64,000 nt of DNA from Mobula hypostoma (Eukaryota). A model generated the notes under the pieces. The model was not told the DNA's origin. It worked only from the letters and a program-made list of their open reading frames with translations, and did no database searches. The stretch spans positions 86,862,001 to 86,926,000 of the forward strand of contig NC_086107.1 of assembly GCF_963921235.1 (NCBI RefSeq), in the 5' to 3' direction. Position numbers and translations under genes: made by a program. Below are positions 36,971 through 49,957 of the stretch, one piece after another. How positions within the stretch are numbered: the first letter of the stretch is position 1; every line of letters begins with the position of its first letter.

Positions 36971-37795
36971 CAGAATCAGGTTTATTATCACCATCAGCAG
37001 TTCAATGCAATACATAATCTAGCAGAGAAAAAAAAATAAGATAATAAATAAACAAGAAAATCAATTACGTATATTGAATAGATTTTAAAAAGTGCAAAAA
37101 TAGAAATACTGAGTATTAAAAAAAAGTGAGGTAGTGTCCAAAGATTCAATGTCCATTTAGGAATCGGATGGCAGAGGGGAAGAAGCTGTTTCTGAATCGC
37201 TGAGTGTGTGCCTTCAGGTTTCTATACCTCCTACCTGATGGTAACAGTGAGAAACAGGCATGCCCTGGGTGCTGGAGGTCCTTAATAATGGACGCTGCTT
37301 TTCTGAGACACCACTCCTTGAAGATGACCTGGGTACTTTCTAGGCTGTTACCCAAGATGGAGCTGACTGGATTTACAACGTTCTGCAGCTTCTTTCAGAC
37401 AGTGATGCAGCCTGTCAGAATGCTCTCCACAGTACAAATATAGAAGTTTTTGAGTGTCTTTGTTGATGTGCCAAATCTCTTCAAACTCCTAATAAAGTAT
37501 AGCTGCTGTTTTGCCTTCTTTATAACCACATTGATATGTTGGGACCAGGTTACATCCTCAGAGATCTTGACACCCAGGAACTTGAAGATGCTCACTCTCT
37601 CCACTTCTGATCCCTCTATGAGGATTGGTACGTGCTCCTTCATCTTACCCTTCCTGAAGTCCACAATCAGCTCTTTCGTCTTACTGACATTGAGTGCCAG
37701 GTTGTTGCTGCGGCACCACTTCACTAGTTGGCATATCTCACTCCTGTATGCCCTCTCGTCACCACCTGACATTCTATCAACAATGGTTGTACCAA
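36971..37795 (-). mobile_element. Rex1/Babar LINE 3' part inserted into a CR1 tail
   Basis: LNVSKTKELIVDFRK and KKAKQQLYFIRSLKRF. The host CR1 tail GGAGCAGAA|GTAGGCC is split around it. Confidence 0.88.
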
Positions 37796-39765
37796 CAAGT
37801 AGGCCATTCAGCCCATCGAGTCTGCTCTGCCATTCAATTGTGGGCTGATCCAATTCTTCCAGTCATCCCCTCTCCCCTGCCTTCTTTCCATGCCCTTTGA
37901 TGCCCTGGCTAATCAAGAACCTACCTATCTCTGCCTTAAATGCACGCAATGACTTGGCCTCCACAGCCGCCCGTGCATCAAATTCCGCAGATTTACCACC
38001 CTCTGATGAAAGTAATTTCTCCACATCTCTGTTCTAAATGAATGTCCTTCAATCCTAAAGTTGTGCACTCTTGTCCTAGACTCCTCTATCATGGGAAATA
38101 ACTTTGCCATATCTAATCTGTTCAGGCCTTTTGACATTTGGAATGTTTCTATGAGATTCCCCCTCATTCTCCTGATCTCCAGGGAATACAGTCCAAGAGT
38201 GCCAGACGTTCCTCATATGGTAACCCTTTCATTAATGAAATCACTCTCGTGAATCTTCTCTGAACCCTCTCCAATGTCAGTATATCCTTTCTAAAATAAG
38301 GAGCCCAAAACTGTACACAATGCTTTAACTGTGGTCTCACATGTGCCTTATAAAGCCTCAACATCAGATCCCTGCTGTTATATTCTATACCTATAGAAAT
38401 GAATGCCAACATTGCATTTGCCTTCTTCACCACTGACTCAACCTGGAGGTTAACCTTTAGGGTATCCTGCACAAGGACTTCCAAGTCCCTTTGCATCTCT
38501 GCATTTTGAATTCTCTCCCCATCTAAATAATAGCCTACCCATTTATTTCTTCCACCAAAGTGCATGACCATACACTTTCCAACATTGTATTTCATTTGCC
38601 ACTTCTTTGCCCATTCCACAAAACTATCTAAGTCTCTCTGCAGGAATTTGACAAAGTACCTCATGGGAGGATAATGCAGAAGATTAAGATTCATTGGGAT
38701 CCACAGCGAATTGGCTGTTTTGATTCACAACTGGCATGCACATAGAAGACATAGGCTAGTGGCTGAAATTATTTATTTGAGCTAGAGGCTTGTAATTAGT
38801 GGAGTTCCACAGGTATCTGCGTTGGGACCTCTGTTGTTTGTAATGCATATAAATGACCTGGATGAAAATGTAGATGGGTGAGTTAGTAAACGTTTGCATG
38901 ATACCAACATTGGTGGAGTTATCAACATCAGTGCAGATGACTGGCAAAGAATACAGCGTGATATAGATCAGTTTCAGAAGAGGCTTACCAGGCAGATGGA
39001 GTTTAACCCAGATAAATGTGAGGTGTTGCACCTTGGTAGGGCAAAGATTTAAGACAGTACAGGTACAAGTTCCTTAACAGTTTTACTGAGCAGAGAGATC
39101 TTGGGATCCAAGTTCATAACTCCTTGAAAGTGGCTACACAGTTCGATAAGGTGGTTAAGAAGGCTTATGGAATGCTTGTTCTTATTAGTAGAGGCATTGT
39201 GTTCAAAAGTCAGAAGGCTATGTTGCAACTTTATAAAACTCTGATTAGGCCACATCTAGAGCATTGCATACATTTCTGGTTGCCCCACTATAGGAAGGAT
39301 GTTGAGGCTTTGGAAAGGGTGCGGAAGAGGTTTACTAGGCTGCTGCCTGGTTTACAGGACATGTGCTATCAGGAGAGGCTGAGCTGCAATGTAAAAGGCA
39401 GAATCAGAAAGGGTGAATACAGGAATGATGCCGCTATATTTGAATGCATGCAGTGTACGGAATAACGTCGATTAACTTGTAGCGCAGTTACAGATTGGCA
39501 TGTATGATGTTGTAGGCATCTCTGAATCATAGCTGAAAGAAGATTACAGCTGGGAGCATAACATCAAAGGATACACATTGTATCAAAAGAACAAGTAGGT
39601 ACGCAGAAGGGGTGACATGGCTCTGTTGGTAAAAAAAATGAAATCAAGTCATTTGAGAGACGTGACATTGGGTCAGAAGGTGTTGAATCATTGTGGGTAA
39701 AGCTAAAGTACTGCAAGTGTGAAAAGACCCTGATAGGAGTTATAAAACAGACCCCCAAACAGTAA
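37796..39765. mobile_element. CR1 fragments (37796-38640 minus; 38640-39765 plus)
   Basis: ORF-track RT motifs (WQMKYNVGKC, LIRPHLEHC) and an endonuclease fragment. Confidence 0.85.
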
Positions 39766-39861
39766 ACACGAGGAATTTTGCAGATGCTGGAAATTCACGC
39801 AACACACCTCAAATTTGCTGGTGAACGCAGCAGGCCAGGCAGCATCTCTAGGAGGAGGTAC

Positions 39862-39897
39862 AGTCGACGTTTCGGGCCGAGACCCTTCGTCAGGACT
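39862..39897 (-). ncRNA. Minimal type I hammerhead ribozyme
   Basis: The minus strand reads AGTC-CTGACGA-AGGGTCTCGGCCC-GAAAC-GTC-GACT. Confidence 0.8.
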
Positions 39898-40599
39898 AAC
39901 TGAAGGAAGAGCAAGTAAGGGATTTGAAAGTGGGAGGGGGAGGGGGAGATCCAAAATGATAGGAGAAGACAGGAGGGGGAGGGATAGGGCCAAGAGCTGG
40001 ACAGGGGATTGGCAAAAGGGATACATTTTAATTCCACATCCCATTTTCCCAGTGGCCACACATTTTAATTCCACATCCCATTCTCCCAATGGCCACACAT
40101 TTTAATTCCACATCCCATTTCTCCCAGTGGCCACACATTTTAATTCCACATCCCATTCCCATTCTGACATGTCTATCCACGGCCTCCTCTACTGTAAAGA
40201 TGAAGCCACACTCAGGTTGGAGGAACAACACCTTATATTCCGTCTGGGTAGCCTCCAACCTGATGGCATGAACATTGACCTCCAACTTCCACTAATGCCC
40301 CACCTCCCCCTCGTACCCCATCCGTTATTTATTTATATACACACATTCTTTCTCTCTCTCTCTCTCTCCTTTTTCTCCCTCTGTTCTTCTGACTATACCC
40401 CTTGCCCATCCTCTGGGTTTTTTCCCTTCCCCCTTTTCCTTCTCCCTGGGCCTTCTGTCCCATGGTCCTCTCATATCCCTTTTCCCAATCACCTGTCCAG
40501 CTCTTGGCTCCATCCCTCCCCCTCCTGTCTTCTCCTATCATTTTGGATCTCCCCCTCCCCCTCCCACTTTCAAATCTCTTACTAGCTCTTCCTTCAGTT

Positions 40600-40635
40600 A
40601 GTCCTGATGAAGGGTCTCGGCCCGAAACGTCGACT
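40600..40635 (+). ncRNA. Minimal type I hammerhead ribozyme
   Basis: AGTC-CTGATGA-AGGGTCTCGGCCC-GAAAC-GTC-GACT: stem I AGTC/GACT, stem II GGG/CCC, palindromic ACGT stem III, GUC cleavage triplet at 40629-40631. Confidence 0.82.
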
Positions 40636-40709
40636 GTACCTCTTCCTAGAAATGCTGCCTGGCCTGCTGTGTTCACCAGCAAATTTGATGTGTGTACCCC
40701 AAACAGTAA

Positions 40710-42117
40710 TAAGGTCTACAAATTACACCAGGAGATAGAAGAAAATGCATGCCAAAAGGGCATTGTTACAATCGTCATTGGGGATTTCAATATGCAATCA
40801 GATTGGCAAAATCAGGTTGGTGCTGGATCTCAAGACGGGGAGTCAATTGCTAAGGATGTGGCTTCAGGGTACTTGGAGACACATGATAAAATAACCCATA
40901 GTCTGCATGGTTTCCTGAAGGGAAAATCTTGTCTAACAATTCTATTGGAATTCTTTGAAGAAATAACAAGCAAGATAGACAAGGGAGAATTAGTTGATGT
41001 ATACTTGGATTTTCAGAAGGCCTTTAACAAGGTACCACACATGAGGCTGTTTAACAATTTAAGAGCCCAAGGTATGACAGGAAAGATACTAAAGATAAAA
41101 TAGTGGCTGATTGGCAGGAAGCAACGAGTGGGAATAAGGAGAGTCTTTTCTGGTTGGCTGCCAGTGACTAGTAGTGTTCCACAGGGGTCTGTGTTGGGAC
41201 CACTTCTTTCTACATTCTATCTCATTGACTTGGATGACGAAATTCATGACTTGCTTACAAAATTTGCAGATGATACGAAGACTAGGTGGAGGGGAAGGTA
41301 GTTTTGAAGAAGTAGAGTGGCTACAAAAAAACATAGATTAGGAGAATGGGCAAAGAAGCAGCAGATGAAATACAGTGTTGGGAAGTGTATGATCATGGAC
41401 TTTGGTAGAAGAAATGAAAGGGTTGACTATTTTCTAAATGGAGAGAAAATTCAAAAATCTGAGGCGCAAAGTGATTTGGGAGTCCTTGTGCAGTATTCCC
41501 TAAAGGTTAATTTGCAGGTTCAATCTGTGGTGAGGAAGGCAAACTTCAAGAGGACTAGAAATATAAAAGCAAGGATGTAATGGTGAGGCCTTGCTTAGAG
41601 TATAATGAGTAGTTCTGAGCCTTTTATCGGAGAAGGAATGTGCTGACACGGGAGAGGGTTCAAAGGAGCTTCATGAAAATGACTCCAGAATTTAATGGCT
41701 TTTCATATAAAAAGTGTTTGATGGCTCTGGCCTTTATTTGCTAGGATGAGGGGTGACCTAATTGAAAATTATCAAATATTTAAAAAAACCTTGATTGTGT
41801 GGATGTTCTATAGCTGGAGAGTCTAGGACCAGAGGAAACAGCTTCACAATAGAGGGGTGTTCTTTTAGAAAGTAGCTGAGGAGGAATTTCTTTAGCCAGA
41901 GAGTGGTGAATCTGTGGAATTCATTGCCACGGGCGGCTGTGGAGGCCAAGTCTTTATGTATATTTAAGGCAGAGTTTGGTAGATTCTTTGTTCAGGGTAT
42001 CAAGGGATACAAGGAGAAGGCAGGAAATGGGGCTGAGAGGGAAATGGATCAGAGTTGATGAAATGGAGGAGCAGATTTTATAGGCCAAATGACAAAATTC
42101 TACTCCTATTTCTTATG
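40710..42117 (+). mobile_element. Degenerate CR1 LINE, paralog of 21030-23428, without the solo LTR
   Basis: HGFLKGKSCLT and YLDFQKAFNKV motifs. It has the same 3' junction as the unit 1 copy. Confidence 0.88.
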
Positions 42118-43290
42118 ATGGGGAGAGTGAAATTGCACATTTTGGCAGGAAAAATATGCAATAAAGCATGTTGTTTAAATGCTGAGATCAAAAGGGCTGG
42201 AGGTACACACGGAATTTGGGGCCTGGTGCATCATTCACAAGGGTTTATTCTCAAGTGCGGATGTAATTAGGAATTTGAACAGAATGTCATCTGATGAAGG
42301 GAATTCGGACTGAAACATTAACTGCTCCTCTATTCTTTGACACTGCCTGACCTGTTTTCTACTCAATTTTCATTATTCTGGTCTTTTCTTCACATTTGTC
42401 TTTTTCCAGAATATCATCGGATAATTGAGCAGAAAACTAAAGAGATTTTGCCTCAGTTATCCAGGGTGGTAATGTTACTGACTGACCTTCAATATGGGAC
42501 GCATGAGACTTCAGGTTTATCTGGAGCGCTAGATTTCTGTTCGGTTGTGGCTAGGCCGTTGGAAATTGGCGGTTGTGGAGATGGAAGATGAGAGACTGCG
42601 CTCTGCAAACAAGAGAAAATCCGAACAACACGGACAAAACGCTAAAAAAACTCAGCAGGCCAGGCAACATTTTGTGTGGGCTGCTCTCTGCTCCGTCCAT
42701 CCCTCTGAATTCCCATTCACTTCTAATGAGCGCAGTGAGCCAGAGAGCGGCCTCATTCACCAATGAACAGAGAGCAGCGAGGAACCGTCAGTTCCCCGGA
42801 TGACAGGAAGTTTGAAAATCCCGCCGAAAGTTATTCAGTGATCTGCAGTCCGCAGAAATTATGCATTAACCCATTAAATCTTGATAGAAATTATTTTAAG
42901 CAGCAGTCCGAGCATTATTAACTCTGCAATTTGAATATATCAGGTTATTTAGCCTCCAAAACCGATCTACTCTTTATATTCGCTATCGGTCTATGTATAA
43001 ACTTTATGCACTGGACTCTTCTCAAACCGCGGTCAAAGGAGTTTGCAGTGGGAAGGTACCGAAATTATAGCAACTAAATTGTTGCCCCCGTGAATCTATC
43101 ATGATCTCGAACAGAAATGAAACTGGCTACTAAATGGAAGTCTGAATCTATTTAAGTTTATGTGATAGACGGGGGCGTCTTGTTGACTGAAACAACCAAT
43201 GGGAGGGGGGGTGTCAGAGGGGAATGTAGTTTTGCTAACACGAAGAGCAGTGAACGGACAATGATAGCCCTTTTTCTCTGCCGGATTAGT

Positions 43291-43306
43291 GGCTCTGAAA
43301 AGAGCC
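43291..43306 (-). promoter_or_regulatory. Histone 3' stem-loop of H3 copy 2
   Basis: GGCTCTTTTCAGAGCC on the minus strand, with an HDE downstream. Confidence 0.97.
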
Positions 43307-43335
43307 TTTTGTTGTGCTTGGTGCCGAGGTCGGGT

Positions 43336-43752
<417 letters not shown>

Positions 43753-43809
43753 TCAGCAGTGCGATTACAGCCTGAAATATCAGGATTGAAGTGTCAGAGC
43801 AGACGCTGG

Positions 43810-44058
43810 GTCTGGCTTTTAAAGAGTTGATGAAGGGCCGCCCCGCTCCCCTTCTGATTGGTTGGAATGGAGATGTCCATCATAGGGTCTCAGCAGTGCG
43901 ATTGGCTGTCTTTCTTTAATCAGTTTGAAGCTGTCCGGCGTGGGGGTTGAGGAATAGTATCTGTGACCAAATATGGAAACTAGTGACTGAGGGTCAGAAT
44001 CCAGCCAATCCGACTGCAGGGATTGGATGTCCGGTCAATTTCAAATCGCCCGCCAATT
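43810..44058 (-). promoter_or_regulatory. H3 copy 2 promoter
   Basis: Same TATA, CCAAT and CDE-CHR (44040-44054) elements as copy 1. Confidence 0.8.
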
Positions 44059-44794
44059 TCTAGAGCTATCAGGGCTAGTTGCCTAGTTACAGTAATAGAA
44101 TCATGAATTGTCAAATTTCACCTTCACTTAAATAATCGTTTTTACTTCTCTCAATTATTTAAATCTGAATGGTTGCATATTTAGTGAATAGCTTCTTGAG
44201 GCGAGTGAATTCAGTTCTGCCGGAAATGGGAGGATAGGGAGAGGATTGAGATCAATTTTATTTACTGTATATATTAAATGTTTTTTTTGGGGGGGAAATA
44301 AATAATCTATTACACTCAGTATATATGTATATTAAAATGTTTTAAAGTACAAATAATACGAAGACAGTCATTGCTTGTTACCGGGTTCATCCCTCTCCAG
44401 TCCATTCCCAGAGCCGGATCCCTCTCTCTAAATCTCTCCTCACCGATAGTTCAGCAGTTTTAGTCATATTAACCATGAATTGGGGAACTCCCAATTTGGG
44501 ATTAGCGCTGTGAGAGAGGGTTTCTCCGCAGTGTTACCATCTCCCGGCATCTATGAGAAAGAAACGGCCTTTGGACGGAGACTGAAGCGGAACACATCCG
44601 TGTCCGATTGAGTCTCCGTCCGAACATCCGATACTGTATTTTATTTCAGATACTAGGGAAGGGACGGTGTCGCCGAATGTCAACGAGGCACCGGGGATCC
44701 CGGGTTTTCTAGAACTAGTTCGTACTGACATCTAAACCGACCAGGATCTGGAATCGCGCGATTCTGGATCAGCTCTTATCTGGGAGATGTGGGT

Positions 44795-44810
44795 GGCTCT
44801 TAAAAGAGCC
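44795..44810 (-). promoter_or_regulatory. Histone 3' stem-loop of H1 copy 2
   Basis: GGCTCTTTTAAGAGCC on the minus strand, with HDE AGATAAGAGCTG. Confidence 0.97.
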
Positions 44811-44834
44811 TTTGGTTTCGGGTCTTTACTGTAT

Positions 44835-45428
44835 TTACTTTTTGGCTGCTGTCTTCTTGGCTTTCACAGATTTTGCCTTCGGCTTGGGTTTTGCCGACTT
44901 CTTGGCCACCTTGGGGGCTGCGACTTTCTTCGGACTCTTGGGCTTCTGCGCGGTCTTCTTGGTCGCTGTTTTCTTAGCTGCCGCTTTTTTAACCGCAGTT
45001 TTCTTAACCCCTTTGGTCTTGGTGGGTGATTTTTTGGTCACTGCCTTCTTGGCCACGGATTTCTTGGCCGCTGGTTTCTTCGCTTTTTTCACGACTTTCC
45101 CGGTATGTTCTTTTTTAGCGGCCCTCAAGGAGCCGGAGGCACCTGCGCCCTTAGTGTGAACCAGGGTGCCTTTATCCACTTTCCTTTTAATGGTCAACCT
45201 GATCTGACCTTTCAGCTTTTGTACATCGACGCCGCTGCTGGCCAAACTCTTCTTTATCGCGGCTACGGACACCCCTCGCTGACTGCGGCAATCGGCCACA
45301 ATCTTGTCGATCTGATCGCCCAGTTTGGGACCGGCTGACTTTGTCCGGACGGCCGCCTTCTTCTTCTTGGCAGCCTTGGGTGTGGTGGCGGGTGCCGCTG
45401 GTGGAGCCACTTCTGCGGTCTCGGTCAT
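44835..45428 (-). CDS. H1: Linker histone H1 (copy 2), 197 aa
   Basis: Intact ORF with 8 amino-acid differences from copy 1. Confidence 0.97.
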   Translation of the reverse strand: MTETAEVAPPAAPATTPKAAKKKKAAVRTKSAGPKLGDQIDKIVADCRSQRGVSVAAIKKSLASSGVDVQKLKGQIRLTIKRKVDKGTLVHTKGAGASGSLRAAKKEHTGKVVKKAKKPAAKKSVAKKAVTKKSPTKTKGVKKTAVKKAAAKKTATKKTAQKPKSPKKVAAPKVAKKSAKPKPKAKSVKAKKTAAKK

Positions 45429-45499
45429 GGTCGGAACCTCTGCACAAATTCTCTCGTACTCTGTAGTGAGTGAGAAATGAAGCGAGAGGCGGCGGTGCT

Positions 45500-45932
45500 G
45501 AGCAATTTAAAGGCAGCGAGCGGACGGGGCGGAAACATCCTGCAGTCAGCTCCCGGCCGCTCCGTCTCTCTGTGTTTCTCTCTCCCGAAAAACTCTCCGA
45601 TTCCGATTAAAATAGGACATCCCCAAGACCCAGACCGCTCTCTGTCTGTGCCCGAGGCCGGATTCTTTGCTGTAAAGGAAGTTTGGTCCGAATTAAACGC
45701 AGCAATTTCCATATAAACCTGTTTCACTGCTGCACTGACCTCGTTCTCTACCGCGATCGCGATATTTTCGCTGTTTTCCAACTGAAATATAAAAGTAACT
45801 GAAAAATCGCGGTTAATTACCACTTCAGGACTGAGCTGGGGAGCTGTGCCATCCCGGAGCAGGCAAATTGTTTTATTTTCTCTAGGTGGGGATGAAAAAT
45901 CCAGCGATGTGACCGGACTCACAAACACAGTG
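45500..45932 (-). promoter_or_regulatory. H1 copy 2 promoter
   Basis: TTTAAA (45506-45511), GCGGACG (45520-45526), GC box, AC box (45571-45577) and TG box (45923-45929). Confidence 0.8.
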
Positions 45933-47544
45933 ATACCAGTCTAAGCCGTCAGGCCTCTTAGCACACTCTCCCTGACACACCGTTCAGATCTGTACATTCA
46001 CAGCACCAACTGTTGGCCCGGTGCACGGCTCCCAGCGCAGGTTTTTCTTCTCCGCTCGACCTGCTCTCCGGATTATCGCGTGTTATTTGTAGATTCCCAG
46101 ATCAGTAACACCCCGAGGCCGGCGCTTTTCATCAGTCATGATCCTGATCCACAGTTCAGTTTAAATAAGAGATGAAGACCGTTGCAATGTCCCGCTGTTT
46201 GATCAACAATATTCGATGGAATTGACAGAAAATCGCTCTACTTTTCAGTTCAATTCCTCAGATAATCTCATGAATCTGTTCGGGTTCCTTGAAAGGGTAA
46301 TCCAGTGATTTGATGAGGGAATTACGTATTCCAGACGTTGCATTCAGAAGAAAAGCATCAATGAAACATAAATTAGACAAAGACCCAATGAAACTGCAGT
46401 CTGGAAGGTTAGATGACATGGGAATCCAGGGAGAGGTAGAAGTGGATAGATACTCGGCTTGGTGTCAGGAGACAGGAGGTCGAAAGTTGTTTACGGGACA
46501 GGAGATCAGTGAGTAGTAACGTGTCACAGGGATCGGTACTGGGCCCATTGCTTTTCATCATTTATATAAAGAGTGTACAAGACATGGATAGTTTGTTTGA
46601 AGATGACACTAAACTAGGTGGTAGAATCATAGAGCAACAAAGCGCAGATACAATGTCGACATTACTCCCAACTCCCGGATTAAATGCCCTGACTGACTGA
46701 TGCTAAACACCTCTTTCACTGCCCGGTCTGCCAGTGATGCCACTTACAATGAACAAAGCTCTTGTACTTCTCAATCCCTCTCTCCCGTGACAATCCCAAG
46801 TTCCCCACCATTCACGTCCTACCTTGGTTTGACTTTCCAAAATACTTCATCTGAATTGTAATCCATTTGTCAATCCTCAATTACACTTCAGTAACTGAGC
46901 AAGATCTCCCTGTAATCATTTTCACTATCAAAAATACCTCCTACTTTTGTGTCCTTCACAAACTTATTCACTGGTAAAATCTTGTGCATTTGTAATATAA
47001 GGATTTGCATATAAAAAAGAATAACAAAGGTGCCAACACTGACACCTGTGGTACATCACGAGTCCCCAGCCTCGATTCCTCACACACGCAAAGCTATGCC
47101 AACTACTCACAATCAGACTCCATCTGCCCAAATACTGGTAGATTCTGTCCTCACAATCCCCTCCAGTAAATTCCCCACCCCTGATGTCAGTCTGAGTAGC
47201 CTGCCATTCCCTGGCTTATCCTTGCTGCACTTTTTAAACAATTGAATGACAACAGCACATTCTAGTCTTCAGCAACTTCACCAGTGACTGATGATGAAGC
47301 AAGTGTCTCCACAAGGGCTCCATAATTTCCTCTCTATCCTCCCACAAAGTCCAAGGAAGCACCCTGACAGGCCTTAGGCTTTTACCCATCTTAATGTGTG
47401 TAAAGCTGCAAATACCTCCTCCTTGGTGATATGAATGTCCTCCAAAAGATCTCCAGTTGTTTCTTTAATCTCTTGCTAAATGTACTCTGAACCCTCTCGA
47501 AAGCTAAGGATTCATTCCCATAATGCAGCAAGCAGAATTGAATG

Positions 47545-49955
47545 TCGTATTCCAGAGTATGCCTAACTGGACTTTCAGACAGTATTCCAGAGGAGGCCTA
47601 ACTGGACTTTCAGACAGTATTCCAGAGGATGCCTAGACTTTACCGCAGAGGAGACTTAACTAGACTTTTAAATTCTAAGCCAGAGAAGTCTTAACTAGAC
47701 TTTTAATCTTTGCTGCAGAGGGGGCCTAACTAGACTCTTAAACTAAACTCCAGAGGAGGCCTAATTCACTTTGTAAACTCTATTCCAGAGAAGGCCTAAA
47801 CACTAGTCCAGAGGAGAGCTAAGTAGAGTTTAAGGCTCTACTCCAGAGGAGGCCTAACAAGACTTTTAGATGGTTCTCGAGGAGGATACTCGACCAGTAT
47901 TGCTCAACCTTTTTTAGCCCAATGCCCCCGAAGGCACCTTTCATACTTGCCAACACACCCCTAAAGTATCTTCATAGTTGCCAGTGCCCCTCTTAGGCGT
48001 AATATACTTTCCAGTACCCCCATAGTGTAAAAAACATGTCTAACATATGCTAACATGAGAAAAATTATTCTGCTTTAAATTTTTATTTATCTTTAAACCA
48101 AACTTACACAGTACCTGTGTCCTGTACAGCTACTTTGATACCAATGTTATCCTTGAGATTCATGGTTGAAATATCTGATTAAAGTTGTGACAGCAAAAGC
48201 CCCCATACGTAACAATGTCCAAGTGGTTTCTCTTTTTTGTGAGTATATGGTTCACTCCACTGAAGCCTCTTTCAACAAGGTAGGAAGATGCAAATTCAAT
48301 GAAGGCGGTTTGGCTCTTCTCCAAAGATCAGGAAACTTTGTATTGCAGTGTAGCCACATACCACAAAACATTTTTGAAAAGCATTTTTGCTTCTTCATCA
48401 TTCAGTATTTCAATGATTTCTTCTTACAAGCTCTCTTCCTATTCTTCCACCTTGCAAGGAAATGAGTTTATTACCCAGTCTGGAAGTTCCAGATCATTCA
48501 AACCTTGAATTGATTCTGAAAATCCTTCCTCAGTGACTGCAGATATAAGCACTACTCTTGCAAACCACCACCTGTGAAAGAAAGTGCCATACTTTCCATG
48601 TAAGGAAACTGTGAGAACATTTGTCTCTCAGTGTTTTGATTGTATATTTCCAATTTTCCAATAAAAGTGGACACTGCACTTTTTGCCTGGATTAAAGTGA
48701 AATTCTCACCCTGCAGTTTCATATTTACAGTTAATTTTGTCAGATTGGCTAGGTATGTCACATCTTCACATAGAAGTTCAATCTTGTTTCCCAAGCTCTT
48801 GTCAACTTTGAGCAAAAACTCAACTACAGTGTCAAAAAGATCAAAGGAATGTTTTAAGCAACAGCCTTTTGACAGCCAACGCACTTAAGTGCAAGGAAGC
48901 AGGCATTCAAACTCTTCATTGTTATAATAGCAAAATATTCTGCAATTTAATGGATGAGATTTAATTTTGTTGAAAGCCACTGGCTGAGGTTTTTGGCTGC
49001 AAGTTGTTGATGATGAATTACGCAATGGATTGCAAACAGACCTAGAATTTCTTTTTCCATCAAAGCCACTAAACCAGCATGGCGACCTGTCATATGTGAT
49101 GCTTCATCTGTTGCAAAAGAAATTGTGTTCTTCATCAGAATACTTTTATCCTCAATATATATTTTGAGCGCATCATCGATTGATTTTTCACTGATTTTTT
49201 TTACTTTTTACAAAAGAGAATCTCATCATAAACTTTTCTATTTTTGATGAACCGTACGTATGCTGTTAGCAGTGCCTAGTTGTCTTGCACAGTTGACTCA
49301 TCCAGTTGTATCCCACAATCTGTTTTTTGTAGCTCTGTGCATATTTGATACTCAACGTCTTCACTCATTTTGTCAATATGATGAGCTACAGAGTTATTTC
49401 TCAGAGGAATTGTTTTTAAGATACTGGTATCCATTTTGAGAACAGTGATGAGCACTTCTGATACAGCAGGCATTATTAATCTTTCACTAAATGTATGAGA
49501 TTTTTCACACTTTGCTATCATTTTGGAAATGTTATCAGAAATTATGAGACCACTATCAAGGTCACTTTTAGCTTGCTGTAGTTTCTGTTTCTTAGCAGGA
49601 TTATAATTCAAGGCTTCACCACCTTCAGGCTCATAGAGTTCCAGAGGATGTCTAACTAGACTCTTAAACTTTACTCCAGAGAAGATCTAATCATACTTTT
49701 AGACTCTGCTCCAGAGGTTGCCCAATTAGACTTTTAAACTCCTTTCCAGAGGAGTCCTAGACTCTACATCGGATGATGCCTAAATAGACTTTTAGACTCT
49801 ATTCCAGAGGAGGCCTAGAGAGTACTCCAGAGGAGAGCTAAATAGACTTTAAGACTCTACTCCAGGCAAGGTCTAACTAGACTTTTAAACTCTACTCCAG
49901 AGAAGGCTAACTAGACTTTTAGACTCTACTTCAGAGGAGGCCTTATTTGACTCTT
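47545..49955. repeat. 35/23-bp minisatellite (47545-47890 and 49630-49955) split by a hAT element
   Basis: Same monomer as 31065-31760. Confidence 0.9.
47895..49625 (-). mobile_element. hAT (Charlie/Buster-like) DNA transposon remnant with a pseudogenised transposase
   Basis: Motifs GIQLDEST, FATDEASHMTG, AIHCVIHHQQL and RWLSKG. TIR-like CAGTATTGCTCAACC at 47895. The other end was not found. Confidence 0.88.
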
Positions 49956-49957
49956 AT

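Larger units (their letters stand above)
39766..40696. mobile_element. Penelope-like element with inverted terminal repeats and 13-bp TSD
   Basis: CCCCAAACAGTAA at 39753-39765 and 40697-40709. 39800-40030 is the reverse complement of ~40470-40695. GIY-YIG C-terminus HFNSTSHSHSDMSIHGLLYC...EEQHLIFRLG, with a ~37-bp tandem stutter at 40024-40160. Confidence 0.92.

Noticed and set aside
48100-49611. Domesticated ZBED/FAM200-like gene
   Set aside because: Multiple stops and frameshifts, a missing 5' end, and a retained TIR-like end.
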